DNA of 64,000 bases from Phoronis australis (lineage: Eukaryota > Animalia > Phoronida). The DNA is taken from assembly GCA_002633005.1 (NCBI GenBank), contig NMRA01000505.1, positions 107,558-171,557 on the forward strand. The letters are read 5' to 3'. The first letter of the stretch is position 1. Each line of letters begins with the position of its first letter. The translations under genes and the position numbers were made by a program. This document shows, one piece after another, positions 39,604-52,600 of this stretch. The notes beneath the pieces were generated by a model. That model did not search any database, was not told the origin of the DNA, and saw nothing but the letters and a program-made list of their open reading frames with translations.

Positions 39604-40099
39604 CACGTGAGTCCCTGGACAGCCCCAATATGGTAGAACCCAAGGAGCTCAAGTCGGGGTTAAATCAGGATGGGCATAAATAAGGAAATTTACTGTATCA
39701 ACAGATTAGACAAATAAGAATAAGATACAAGGCATTGATACAGTGTACACGCGCACAATAACTGGGTCTATCATTTTCCCGCCGCAAGCGATTGAACCAA
39801 TCGGATCACCAATGGCGCAAACCTTTCGAAAACAAGCCTGATTTTTAAGGAGTCTGTTACTGCTCTTTATATTTTCAAAACTTTAATTTGTTATAGTTAA
39901 TTTATTTGCTGTGCACCTCAATGAGACCAGTTCATATATATGCATTTAACACGATTAATACATTGTAAAACCATAGATTATGCACTATCAACACGAGACA
40001 AAAACAGTACACCCCTTTTTTAAAAAATGGGTTAAAGGTTAGAAACAAAGGACGAGAGCGTAAACAAGTTTCCATCACTTGCAACGTCGATTTTTTACG

Positions 40100-40417
40100 A
40101 TGGACGTTGGAGAAGAACATCAGTCTGGTGACAGCAACACGGAATCGTACGAAGGCGATGATTTTCGAAATTTGATTCGTTGTGTTGTTTGTCATTTTTT
40201 TCCTACACTTCAGGATTACTTGTGGAAACAGGAACAAGAACTGAACGATGCAGGGTTCGTGACAACGTTGGTGAACGGTAATATCTATCTAAGGTGTTAC
40301 AACTGTCATCGATATTGTCATCTCCTCTGTATTCATCCAACCTTCCCAGATGAAAACTTGAATGAAGAGGACCTTCAGTACTTGAGTGAGCATGGTATAC
40401 TGTGTGATTTATGTTGA
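40100..40417 (+). CDS. Intronless orphan PHD-like (C4HC3) zinc-finger ORF, 105 aa, inside nested transposons
   Basis: CVVC...CYNC-HRYC-H-LL-C...CDLC* gives a C4HC3 pattern, with an acidic N-terminus and no internal stops. AATAAA lies about 90 nt downstream (~40510). Expression is unknown. Confidence 0.55.
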   Translation: MDVGEEHQSGDSNTESYEGDDFRNLIRCVVCHFFPTLQDYLWKQEQELNDAGFVTTLVNGNIYLRCYNCHRYCHLLCIHPTFPDENLNEEDLQYLSEHGILCDLC

Positions 40418-42167
40418 ATTATTCAACGGTTCTTTTAAGAACCATTTCACGCTACACCTACAACCAGCGGCCCTTTTAAAGTGTACACAACATGACTCTA
40501 GTACCTCAAAATAAATTTTATTATTATATCTTACTTGATTTCAGTGCCTTTAGTGCACAGCTNGTGAACCGTAAATCAAAAACTGTCCGATAACTATGCT
40601 GCTATTGGGCAAGCAGACGACATAAAGGGTCGGAACCGAAGTTTGAATTTTGAAATTAATTACCAGTAGCATTGCCAAAAGTACTCACAATACCAACACT
40701 TCTACTATTGAAAGACTTTGAAAAGCGTTTCAATACCGAAATAATATAAATTAATGTTTTTTCGCTGTTTTGGACAGTAAAGTATATGCAAGTATTTCTC
40801 GTCAAATTACACTGACCGGAAACTGCAGCAGATAGGTCAGGAGAGTTCAACTCAGCTCGTAAGAATATGCCGGAGTTGCGAATCTGTTGTCTATAATCTA
40901 TGCTATAATCTATGGTGCAGCAGACAATAGATCAACGCTAAGCTCCGCCCACGTGACTGCCATATTTGTTTTGGTCGTCTGTCTTGCTTCACAAGTTCGA
41001 AAAAATGATTAAAATTACGCTGTAAACAGACAGGTATGTCACATTTTCTAAACATGAAGTAAATATCAGCTTTATTTCTAATACTTCAACAAAAACTGGA
41101 ACATAATGACCACGCATTCTGAACGAAATTTGATCTCAAGTGGCAATCGATGACCGCTTAACTTCAAAGCCGTTTTTCTCGGCTCGTGATTTCAGGATGA
41201 GTGACAAGATTCTCGGGTCTATTTTTCCGCAACACGTGGGTCAATTTTTACGAAATTTGCAAATTTGAAATCCTCTAGGACTGAAAGAAAATCGCGTGCC
41301 AGGGTTTTTTGATACATGGACCAGATTTTTAGTTATCAGACCGAAAGTGACCAAATGACAAAAAGTGTTGTGCTTGCCCCAACTCACACGCAAAAAATGC
41401 CGCAAAATCAAGGTCATAATGATTTTGTACATACATTTGGTATGGATAAGTAGAATATTGCGTAAGGAAACAGCTGATGATAATCCCTGTGCATTTTGAA
41501 AAAAAATTCGAGGTAAAATTGAATGATTTGGAAATCAAAAAATACGATTTAAAAAAAACGAACTACAAAAAACTTTTTTTTTTGATTTTTGTCACTTTCA
41601 GACTCAGAGTCATGTCTAACTAGTTACGACTCCCTTTTTACTCATTTTAGTTAGGAACCTGAAGATTTGACCAGTGTATACACCTACCATAAGCCACCTT
41701 TATGAAATGCACATTATCTTTAAACCTGGTCTAAGTTCAGTTTAAATCAGGTTTAAGTTTAAACCATCTTTATGAAATCGGCTGCCCATGTTCCCCTTGT
41801 CTGAGCCAAGATATCACAGTTACAATTTTGAGAATGACTGGCCTTACGTGAATGCCGCCAAGAGTAGTCCATTTACAGTGAGTTGCTAAAGATATGTTTG
41901 GAAAACAAGGGTCTGAGACAATTTTACCAACGGCACTTTTATTTATGTACCATAATTGGCCACAGAAAAACATAAAAAGCTAGTGTTTCACATAAGCACA
42001 AACCAAAAGCACTGACAATAAAATGAATTATTTTGATTTTCAACTCATAAGATTTGTCTAGCCACTCTCTAAAAAATCTTTGACTACAACAACAGGCAGT
42101 AGCACCACAAACATAATACCACGACTATAAACTTGATGTGTCTGAAATGTACAAATGCTTTTGCAGT

Positions 42168-42235
42168 GGTCACAAGTAACCACTGGTCAAAAGTAACCAC
42201 TGGTCGCAAGTAGCCACTGGTCACAAGTAACCGCA
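42168..42235. repeat. 17-bp tandem repeat GGTCACAAGTAACCACT x4
   Basis: Directly visible. Confidence 0.85.
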
Positions 42236-42315
42236 TCCAATTAAATCATAAAATGTCATACAAATCTAACAAACATGACAAAATATTAACAAGTGACTTG
42301 ATCAACTATTAGGGA

Positions 42316-42576
42316 AGTCATCACTTCATCTGTAGATCTCCACAGTCATCACTTCACCTGTAGATCTCCACAGTCATCACTTCATCTGTAGATCTCCACA
42401 GTCATCACTTCACCTGTAGATCTCCACAGTCATCACTTCATCTGTAGATCTCCACAGTCATCACTTCATCTGTAGATCTCCACAGTCATCACTTCACCTG
42501 TAGATCTACACAGTCATCACTTCATCTGTAGATCTACACAGTCGTCACTTCATCTGTAGATCTCCACAGTCATCAC
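42316..42576. repeat. 28-bp minisatellite AGTCATCACTTCA(T/C)CTGTAGATCT(C/A)CAC, ~9.3 copies
   Basis: Directly visible, contiguous units. Confidence 0.95.
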
Positions 42577-43682
42577 CATTTCCCATGCTTCCTATTAGAT
42601 TACAACTGCCCCTAATCAATTTTACCTTCAATTTCATAAACATAGAAATTAGAAGATTTTTACTTAAAGTGGCAATAAAACTTGTCATTTTGTCTCTCAA
42701 TCTTGTGTATTAAGAGGTTAACAAGTGACCACTCTGTGCTGCACCACCTAGAGAATATCTAACCAACAATTATCAATTTGACAGACAATGATTAGGAATG
42801 TCATAATTTAGCATTTTCTCTTAGAACTGTGTTTGTGTTTGGAGATGGTGTTCATCCAGTTAGAAATCAACTAATTGAATTTCTGAGTCCTCAGCATGCT
42901 GGACAAAGTTACATGTTAAAACAGATTGCTCTTCAAAAAAAAAATCCTGCAGGTGAATGATTGCTATGGTCAACTTGAAAAGTCAAGGAAATGCACTTTA
43001 ATAATAGTGCGATTATCACTCATGTGTTCAGTCAGATCCACAAATCCAAACTTTTCTTGGAAAATAGAATTATAGGCATAATATCACATTTTGAGAAACA
43101 GTGAATCTAACTTCAGTCTCCATGGTTACATGACCAATTCACTGAATTTCAAATGGCTATAAACCCACCTTCCACCACAAAAATCAACTTGTGATTTAAA
43201 ACACTTACTATGAAATTGATCTCGAACTATTCTGTACTCAAAGTAGATGGGAACTTTGGACTACATTGAATTTTAGTTTCTTCCAGAGAATGCAGGTTCA
43301 TTGCCACTTCAATGCTTTTAGCAAATAGAATTTCCGAGACTTTCTATGAACATTGGCAATGAACACACACATTAACATGTGCCAGAATAAAAAACACTTT
43401 CACAGAAAATATTTTCAATCTCCTCGCAGAATTCCATACATGTTTGTGGCCATTTCGCAGGTCTAACCAGGTTAAACTATAAGAGTTTATTGTGCGCACA
43501 CTAACTGTGTCTCTTTGCCTCCATCAAATCCCTCAGTTTTACTGAGACACTGCCTGAAGCAAAAACAAGAAGAAGTCTATTAATGAAACTAAACAAATTT
43601 CTCTTCCTGACTGTTGACTAGTATTCTGCCTTAACTGGCCTAGGAAGTAGAAGCTGTGATATACCGGTACATTTTCTTATTC

Positions 43683-46600
43683 TCATTTCTTTTCAGCAGA
43701 AAGCTTCATGGATGACATTTTATCCTCCAGTAACTGATTGTGAAGATTCATCAAACCTTTGAAGTACTTGACTGTGCGAACTTTCAGGTCCAGTGTGGCA
43801 TTTTCATCACAGACAAACGTAGTCTTTGGATGTTGTTGGAATGCAGAGACGGTCCACATGTGGTTAACTCCCTCCTCAATGGCCTTGTGTAGGGCAAAGG
43901 CTTTGTGAGCACCCGTTATCAAGATCATGACCTGAATAAAATCGATTCAATAAAATTATTTAAAGTTCCAGCAAGTGCTCATTAGTTGACGACAAAGTTG
44001 CAAATTTCAGATAAAAGTAATCAAGTTAGCAGTCATGAATCTTTCCATTGAAATAATTATTGAAATGCATTTGGTCAATGGTGTTATCAAAGAAAATTAG
44101 AAAAGCAAAACGCAGAATACTAAAGAAGCAAAACAAAGAGTTCCACCTCAAAAATTAATCAAAATAAAGGTGGCGCTGCAACGAATGGCAATAACAAAAA
44201 GACGGTCACTTAACACAATAATCAGCATTGGCACAAAACTAACAATTTTAGAGAAAGAGCGGCTCGCAAAAGGACTACCTGGCAATAGGACTACCTGGAA
44301 ATAGGACTACCTGGCAATAGGACTACCTGGCAATAGGACTACCTGGCAATAGGACTATCCAATCAACTTCGAGTCACATGAGTCTGCATTTGGTCCCAAG
44401 ATTTGATTATCCAGTCACTGTCAGTTAGGAAATTGGATTGAAATGGTCAGAAGAGATAATTCATGAGTCAGGACATGTAATGGTGTCTCCACCCAAAGTA
44501 AAAAAGCATCACATTTCACACCGTAAAAGTAAATTTTCTTGTTTTACTCACCTGGCAGTGTGATGTCATAGTATGAACACAATGACACTAAGCTGGTCCA
44601 CAAAAAACATGATAATTGTTTTAACAATTAAATAACTTACCTCCTTAGCATCCATGACAGTTCCCACACCAACTGTCAAGGCTTCCTTAGGAACCTGAGA
44701 CAGGTCGCCACCAAAGAATCTAGCGTTAGCCTCGATGGTGTCCACAGCTAGAGTCTTAATCCTTGTGCGTGATACCAGACTAGATCCTGGTTCGTTAAAT
44801 GCAATGTGACCATCAGGACCAATACCTGTAATACCAGCACAAAGATTGGTATTGTCTAAGTGGAAAGCTGCCAACACTCAAACAAGTGGGTCGTCTGGAT
44901 ATCAACTATATCATAAAGAGGAAATGTCCATTGCAACTCCTAAAATAATTAGATGATTTATGATAGCGATCATTAAAAATCTATATCAATAGCAAACAAG
45001 AGTATGCTACATGTATGCAATATTACATTTAAAGATTTCTCATCTCAATGTGCTTCACAAATTCTTGATGAAGGAAATCGAATGTGCCAACTAAGGCAAG
45101 TGTGAAATGAAATAAATGCATAACAAGGTGGCACTGAACACTAGCAATTCCAAAATATTAAAATCTAGGTGTAGGCCAGGCTTGGGGGCATTTTTAGTTA
45201 CTAGGTATTCCATGTAGGCCAAGTGAATGTGGTTGTTGACTTGGACCGCCCTTTTAAAAATCTTTATCCACCCCCCCTTTTAAAAATTACTGGATCTGCC
45301 CCTGTTGAGTAGGTATTTGGGACTGTTTCATGTAACTGGGCACAGACCCCTCCAGCTTGAGTGTAGAATGTCATAAGGTGTGAATTTTCAAAACAATGAC
45401 CTGGACTCAACTTTGGATGGCATAAGAGGACAGTTTTTGGACATTGGTGTAGGAAATATTTGATGGTGGGGGGGAGAGTCTGTTAATTTTTCAATTTTAT
45501 TTTAAAACAAAATTTGTTTGTTGAAGGTTTAATTATTCTTTAATTATTAGCACCTGGACTAATGAGGGGGGGGGCAGAGAGCTATGTCCACCACAAACCT
45601 TTTGGTTGAGGGGCGACCGTCCGCCCATTATTACTTCTATCTCTTCTTCATCAGATCTTTCTCATGTTTATTACTTCCCTGACCCCCCTAGATGAAATCC
45701 TACAGGTTCTGTACCTGCCCACCCTCCAATCACCTCTGATTATTGACTCACCCTCTAGCTTATGATGTATTTCTCGTAATTTATATTACCTTTGCCCAAA
45801 TTTTTTCTCGATTTACTCTATATTTTGCCTAATGTGTATTTTTCCAATACACTGCTCATATTTTTTATTCTCAATATTGTAAACAAAGACCTTTCACAAT
45901 TTTCAATTTGACAAATTAAAATCAGCCATGGTAATCGGCGCCTCGCATACTTCGTTGGCGCACAAATGCCCAGTAGGTGTTGCCACGGCCCATGACATGG
46001 TAATGGTCGCGGCCAAAGTGAAGTCTTGTTAATGTCTTTACTACCACTCTGTGCCAAGGCAAGAGTGAAATGGTGAAATAAATGTAACAAGCTACCACTC
46101 TGGCTAGAAGAGTTGAACACGCTGCACCGAAAGATTCCTTCAAGACCAAAATCTTGAAAAAAAAATTTTAGTATCTACAAAGTTTGCATAGAATTGTTTC
46201 TTAGTATAACAAAAACAACATATGCATCCAGTTTGAAGTTGTATTAAGAGTAAATTTATTATGAAATCAAATATTTTAGTTTGACATCTGTTACTATTTT
46301 CTGGTTAATGAGTAAAAAATTCTCCTACATGTCTTTAAAAATGGTGTTGATTTTTGAGAATTGATTTTTCTGCAATGCATTGTTTGATATCAGCAGTGGA
46401 TGTGTGCAATCATAGACAATTATAGTACATGGACCGCCAACTCCGTATATTTTCAATGGATGAAATTTGGGATCTTACACATGAGCCGCGACGTCATTAT
46501 TCACCAGCGACACCTGGCAAAATTAGCAAGTTTTAGTTCAGGAAAATATGTCGTCTGCTAATCATGGTCGGCTGTTGTGTGGTCGGGTGCTAAAAGTACT

Positions 46601-49600
46601 CACGATATCAACAGTTTTATTATTGGAAGACTTTCAACAGAGTTTCAATGCCAATTTCGTTGCACTGGACAGTAAAATAGATGCAAGATTTTTCCGTCAC
46701 AACACACTAATACACAAGAAAATGTCGGAGTTGCAAATCTATTGTCTAATATCTATGGTGCAATGTACTGTTTGATGTCAGTGGTGGATGTGTGCAATGT
46801 CTTGTTCTTCTCTTGTTAAAGAGACTATAAACCACATTACGGCCAAGAAGAAAACTTTTAATTTGGACTACTGACTACTATAAAATTGGTCCCAACATTT
46901 TCCTTACTAAGTTGAGAAGTGATTTCTGGGTTTACAGAGAACTGAGATAGTTTGATATTGCATGACAAGCCGACTTGTACAGCCTGGTCTAAAGCAATAA
47001 TAAACTGACAGTTCTATCAAAGCCCTCAAAACAACTCTAACTACTTAAAGAAAAAAAATGATCCATTTCGAAATAATGAGTGGTCTAAATTTAAATTTAA
47101 AAGTTAGTTTTTGTGATGGAAGGTGGGTTTATAACCATCTTGGTAAACTGAGAGCCTGACATGTTGAAAAGTAAGTCACCAATGCAATGCATTATCTACC
47201 TCCACAAAAGAGGAGAGCTCAATCAAGGATGGCTCTATTGCGCTTTCATTTTACACAGAATTGGAAAAAATGACCTCAAATTCACCCATCATGAATTCAT
47301 AGCCACAGTAGTTGTCCATCACAACAGGGAATGACGGGGAATTCAATAAAAGGTTAACAAGGAGGAACACTTATATTTGTTAGCAGGAATGGCAAGTCAC
47401 ATGACATGTCATGACAAGTCATGGCATGTCAATATTTCTGTAGGACTGTATGTCCAGCAGAATTAGCTGTGTCAAGTTGAAAGCAACATTTGACCAATTA
47501 CTGTTCATGTGTAGCCAGATTAGCACAAACCTCCTATAAATAGTTGTATTCCACCTGACTCCTTCATCTTTCGTTCAAATTCGTCACACTCAAACTCAAG
47601 GTCGGTGGCATTACCATCCAGTACGTGTGCATTTTGTGGATCAATGTCAATGTGTTTGAAGAAGTTTGTCCACATGTAGTTATGGTAACTCTCTGGATGA
47701 GTGCGTGGGAGGTCTACAAATCAATTTTAAAATTAAACCAAGCAAATTGTCTCACTCGAAAATCTGCTCTCACTAGCAGAAAGGTACAAGAAAATATCTG
47801 TCACACAGTATCAGCATGGTAGTTTCAAGTTAGTTTGTTTTCTAAAGTAGGCATTAGACAACAAGAGAGATTAGGGTGGGTATGCAGGGCTCGACATTAA
47901 CGGTAGTCCGACTGCCCGGGACAACCAATTTGTTGGTCCAGACAAGCTCACGGCTGAGCAACTTGTGCGACAGGACAAGTTACATATAGTGAATTTTTGG
48001 AAACTATAATAGTAAATCTGAACGATCAGAACTTCTTCATAGCGGTGATAACTCACTTGTTTAGTCATCAGTGTCAGTAAGATGTGATGCAAATCGCCAA
48101 GGTGTTGTTTAGATTATGCAGGAGCTCATGATTGGACGCAATCCGACGCACTTGCATTCGAATAGTTCTAGCCAAAGTGACGTGTTCTCATTTAAATACA
48201 CAGCAGTATCTCACGTAATCTGGCAAAGTTTTGATTTTAGCTAGGTCCTAACGTAGTTCCGAGCGTTTTGTACGCACGCCAAGTTCCCGACCATTCATCT
48301 CATTTGTCTTGGTTAAATGCATGTTTTTAATGACTTTCATTTCTGACACCAAAATGGAAGCACCCAACCAAAGGCAAGAGCGCAAAAAATCAACTTGTAA
48401 TTATCGCAAGTCCAACATTTTGTCCACGTTCCACGACAACAAAAACTTAATTTTTTTGAGCTTTTGATTCGCCTAATGACTTTTTACAAGATGCGTTTTT
48501 GCTTCATTATTTTGGCAGCTGACCGAGTACCCCTGTTGCCCAATAGTAGAATCTTCCGATTGTTGAGCACGTTCAACAGCGGTTTGCTTCGAACTCAAAA
48601 AGAAATATACAATGTAAATAAAATTTTAAATGTATTCAATAAGATCTGCCAATCATTAGCATGTATTTGGTTGCATAACTAGGTTCAAGTTATTCAGTAA
48701 GACCTGTCAATCACTAGCATGTGCTTGGTTGCCTAAGTGTCCAGTGGGAAGCAAATCTTTACACAATCGAGTGCTTCCCTTAAAAATACACCGCTAATTA
48801 GCGGAGTCTTGTTTAATTTATCTTTATTCTCAAGACACTTGCCCTACAGAACACACGACTACCTGTAGGAATACTTTAGGTAGTTTACGTAAACACCCAA
48901 TCACACTCAGGATCACAACACCAGTGTATCGTGTGAACAGGCCGTCGAAGATCGGTATTTCAATCCCCCGGCTTATATTTTAACTGATATGCTTGAAGTC
49001 CGACGTCAGTGTACACTCCATCAGGGTAAAATCGGTCCTCCGTGCAGTAAGCAACAGCTGTTTGAAAAACTTTCGACTTTGACTGCCCATGCTCGGCTTA
49101 CCGAACACGCACTGTTTTTTAGATTCCCAATTTAAGCGCCCTAGGTGGTAACGAGGACGAGTACGGAAAGTCAAATTTCAATCATTTGCTCGTCAACACA
49201 TTCTGACACTTGATCGTCACTTTATAATTTACGTATACGACTCATGTGTAGTAGCAGGAAGAGATAACCAGGAAGGGACAACTGTTTTAGCGCATTTTAA
49301 CGTGATTTCAAACGTGATTTCAAAAGTAAATGTTCAAGTTATCTGGAATCCAAGCATTATTTTTGAAAGATTAACTCTTTAGATATAAAATGACACCACT
49401 TTGGTCCTCAAAGACTGCATATTACTGGCACTGGGATGCTTTGAACGTGACATGTTTACCCTTCCAAAAGATGCTTCTTCCCAGGCATGTACTCGGGCAT
49501 GAGCCTCTTTTTTGAACCAACAGATGTCACTAACATATGCNNNNNNNNNNNNNNNNNNNNNNNNNNNNNNNNNNNNNNNNNNNNNNNNNNNNNNNNNNNN

Positions 49601-52600
49601 NNNNNNNNNNNNNNNNNNNNNNNNNNNNNNNNNNNNNNNNNNNNNNNNNNNNNNNNNNNNNNNNNNNNNNNNNNNNNNNNNNNNNNNNNNNNNNNNNNNN
49701 NNNNNNNNNNNNNNNNNNNNNNNNNNNNNNNNNNNNNNNNNNNNNNNNNNNNNNNNNNNNNNNNNNNNNNNNNNNNNNNNNNNNNNNNNNNNNNNNNNNN
49801 NNNNNNNNNNNNNNNNNNNNNNNNNNNNNNNNNNNNNNNNNNNNNNNNNNNNNNNNNNNNNNNNNNNNNNNNNNNNNNNNNNNNNNNNNNNNNNNNNNNN
49901 NNNNNNNNNNNNNNNNNNNNNNNNNNNNNNNNNNNNNNNNNNNNNNNNNNNNNNNNNNNNNNNNNNNNNNNNNNNNNNNNNNNNNNNNNNNNNNNNNNNN
50001 NNNNNNNNNNNNNNNNNNNNNNNNNNNNNNNNNNNNNNNNNNNNNNNNNNNNNNNNNNNNNNNNNNNNNNNNNNNNNNNNNNNNNNNNNNNNNNNNNNNN
50101 NNNNNNNNNNNNNNNNNNNNNNNNNNNNNNNNNNNNNNNNNNNNNNNNNNNNNNNNNNNNNNNNNNNNNNNNNNNNNNNNNNNNNNNNNNNNNNNNNNNN
50201 NCCCCCGTAGTGCACCGCCTATAGACCATATGCAGCGTAGCACTGAAAAAAAGTGGGGCTATAGCCCTCCCCCCAGCGCCCTATGGTGCGCTGCCCATTG
50301 ACCAAACGGTCAATTCTCCCGAACCGCCCCACCGAGAGAGGATCCCGTCTAAAGTGGTGATAGACTAAAAATCATTAAGCTTGGGAAAGAGTGACAGTTG
50401 ATTCTTTCACACGTCGTGTAACCCAGCAAGAAATGACATTCCTCAATATGAAAGCGGCTTGTGCGATTTCACAAATACAGGAAATTAGAAGTAATCACTG
50501 AATTCCAACATTGGGCCCTCTCTGCGTAAGCGGCCCTTTAATAATTTGTCAATAAAAACACGAAAAAGGTGGTCACTTAAATGTCACCAATGGCCCCCTT
50601 CAAGGACTGAACGGGAAAACGCTGTCATGCAGTGAAAATGGAAGGCAGCAGCAGGCCAGTGGGCGTGTGTGATAACTCTGATTTCTAGTCTCTTATTATG
50701 AAAACTATTGAAGGCAATTATCAGCACCTGCAAACAAGAATTTTGAATTGAAGAATTTCAACAGGAATTAGCTGTAGTCTTAGTCGTGAAGCTGCCGACA
50801 TTCCAGCCACGGGTAATGGTCCTTTGAAGCAAGTGCATGTACACGAATTTTGAAGAATGGCAAAGAAACGTTTTGTGTTGACGGAACTGTCCTTGGGGAG
50901 GAAATGAGGCATTTGATAATGAACAACTATTGTGGATTAATTTGGGATAACACCTAGCAAAACTAACTTCCAAGTATGCAATACTGTGGTGGAATTAAGA
51001 AATATAATTATGACAGTGCTAAATGTAGCTGTGTGCCGAAATATCTAACGTTAGACTTACAGCAGGCCCGGGATATGCTTGAGAGCCACAAAGTGTGCTA
51101 AAATGGTAGAAAATTAGGCGTAACATTTCTATAGGAGATAAAAGGTTGATTACCGCAGAAGGCCGATGTCTTAAATTCCCAGAAAAAATTAGGAAGGCAA
51201 GGTGACTTGCCAAGAAAACGGCAGTCGGGGCACTCTAAAGGAAAGTACTTCAACCAATTCCAATTATCCGGTGAAACTTCTCTCACTCGACGGTGTTCTT
51301 TCACGACACCACAACCTCCCAAAAAAACGAAACGCGGAGGGTGAGATATTACAGAGTACAACTAGCAATGATTTGACAGTTGAGCTTGAGAAAACCCAGT
51401 GTTGAGCTATCCTTTATTAAAGACATTAAATTTTCCGTTGCGAATCTGACTGAAGTCATAGATGAATGCGACGGGAAGGATATCGAGGAGTACACGGAGA
51501 GAAAGGAAGCTTTAAAGACTGCTTTCTTTGAAGACCAGGAGCGAAACCGTGAGTAATAAATTAATGAAAAATGCATGGTATAGACACAATTAGAAGCTTT
51601 CAAACTATTGCGTTTGTGTGCTGTCCATATTAATATTTGTTCTTGGATACAGGTTCCCACCTCAAAATGAATTTCCCACGGTCGTTCTTTATGCTGATAG
51701 CAATTTTTTCGTCAACTGGATTAGAACAGGAATCATAGATCTCTCGCGCGCTCAGTCTATGGTTCTGACACTTCAAACTTTTGTCAACACGATAGCTAGC
51801 CTCGGAAAGTTCGATGTTGACCTAGTTCTAAACTTCTCTGCAACCCACTGTAAGGGGATGAAAACAATTCAAAGTCCGCCCCTTGAAATAGGGCTTGCTT
51901 AGCTGGAATTTAGAACTGCGGTCATGGGAGTGTTTTCACCTCCTGATTGCGAAACGATCGAGTTAGCTGTGGTATCTTCATCAGCGCGTGATCTCAGCGG
52001 GAGGTCACCGCTTTATCCACTCAAGCGCTCGACAACAACTAAACTTACGAGAGTTTCAGAACTCCCACATGCAAATTTGATATGCAAATGAGGGAGTACT
52101 TGACTACTGCGCCATCTATACATCGACGGAAAAGCTTAAATACCCGTGACTGCGTGTGGGAAATTGCGATTGCGTGCGCTGAAGTCGATATTTTCAAAGT
52201 ACAATTACACCACTGTTTAAGGTTGCAAAGTGAGTTTTTTTGATATCCTTCTATAGAAAAAGCTTTAATCTCTCTGATGAAATCATCTGTTTCCTTTTAA
52301 ATGAAATTTAAGTCCTAAAATTTGTCCGGGGAAGGAGGCCAAAAACGGCGGTTTAGCTAGTTGTCCCTTCCTGGTTATCTCTTCCTGGTAGTAGTGATAA
52401 CTCGCTAGCACCTGTTGATAAAACTTTACGACATTCGACTGTCTTATGACGTGTGGAAACTGTCGTCTGCGCCGATGGCTTAAATTGCAATATCGAAATA
52501 GATACTTAGTTCATTTGCGTATGGTTTCAAGTCACGGAGTTCAGTTGCAACTGGTAACCAAAGCAAAGGGCATGAAACCACAAAGCATCAGTATGAAACC

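Larger units (their letters stand above)
37077..40914 (+). mobile_element. Interrupted P-superfamily-like element (5' part 37077-~37410, 3' part ~40560-40914)
   Basis: Both parts align by eye with the 5' and 3' halves of the 46411-46757 MITE (GGACCGCCAACTCCGTATA...; TGGACAGTAAA..ATGCAAG...; CGGAGTTGC.AATCT.TTGTCTA...TCTATG). The 5' TIR is missing. The terminal 12-mer CTATAATCTATG is tandemly duplicated. Confidence 0.6.
35184..41688. mobile_element. Kolobok-like DNA transposon B (6.5 kb including nested insertions)
   Basis: TIRs GGTAGGTGGATAC / GTATACACCTACC (12/13 match), flanked by TTAA (35180-35183) and ATAA (41689-41692). No intact transposase was seen. Confidence 0.7.
33346..41782. mobile_element. 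Harbinger-like MITE split by the two Kolobok-like insertions (pieces ~33346-33504 and 41693-41782)
   Basis: Both pieces consist of the same TTAAACCTGGT/AGACCAGGT-type subrepeats. The right piece ends ...TTTATGAAATCGGC. The left terminus was not found. Confidence 0.4.

Noticed and set aside
39043-39604. ATTCGAGCCCCC/GCGCGCATG motifs as viral origin or promoter elements
   Set aside because: Each occurrence is bounded by TIRs and its own 5-bp TSD, so they are MITE insertions.
42316-42576. 28-bp repeat array (and the 54960-55262 array) as CRISPR
   Set aside because: Units are contiguous with no unique spacers, there are no cas genes, and the context is a eukaryotic intron-containing locus.
49379-50301. 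Six long ORFs
   Set aside because: Artefacts of the N gap.
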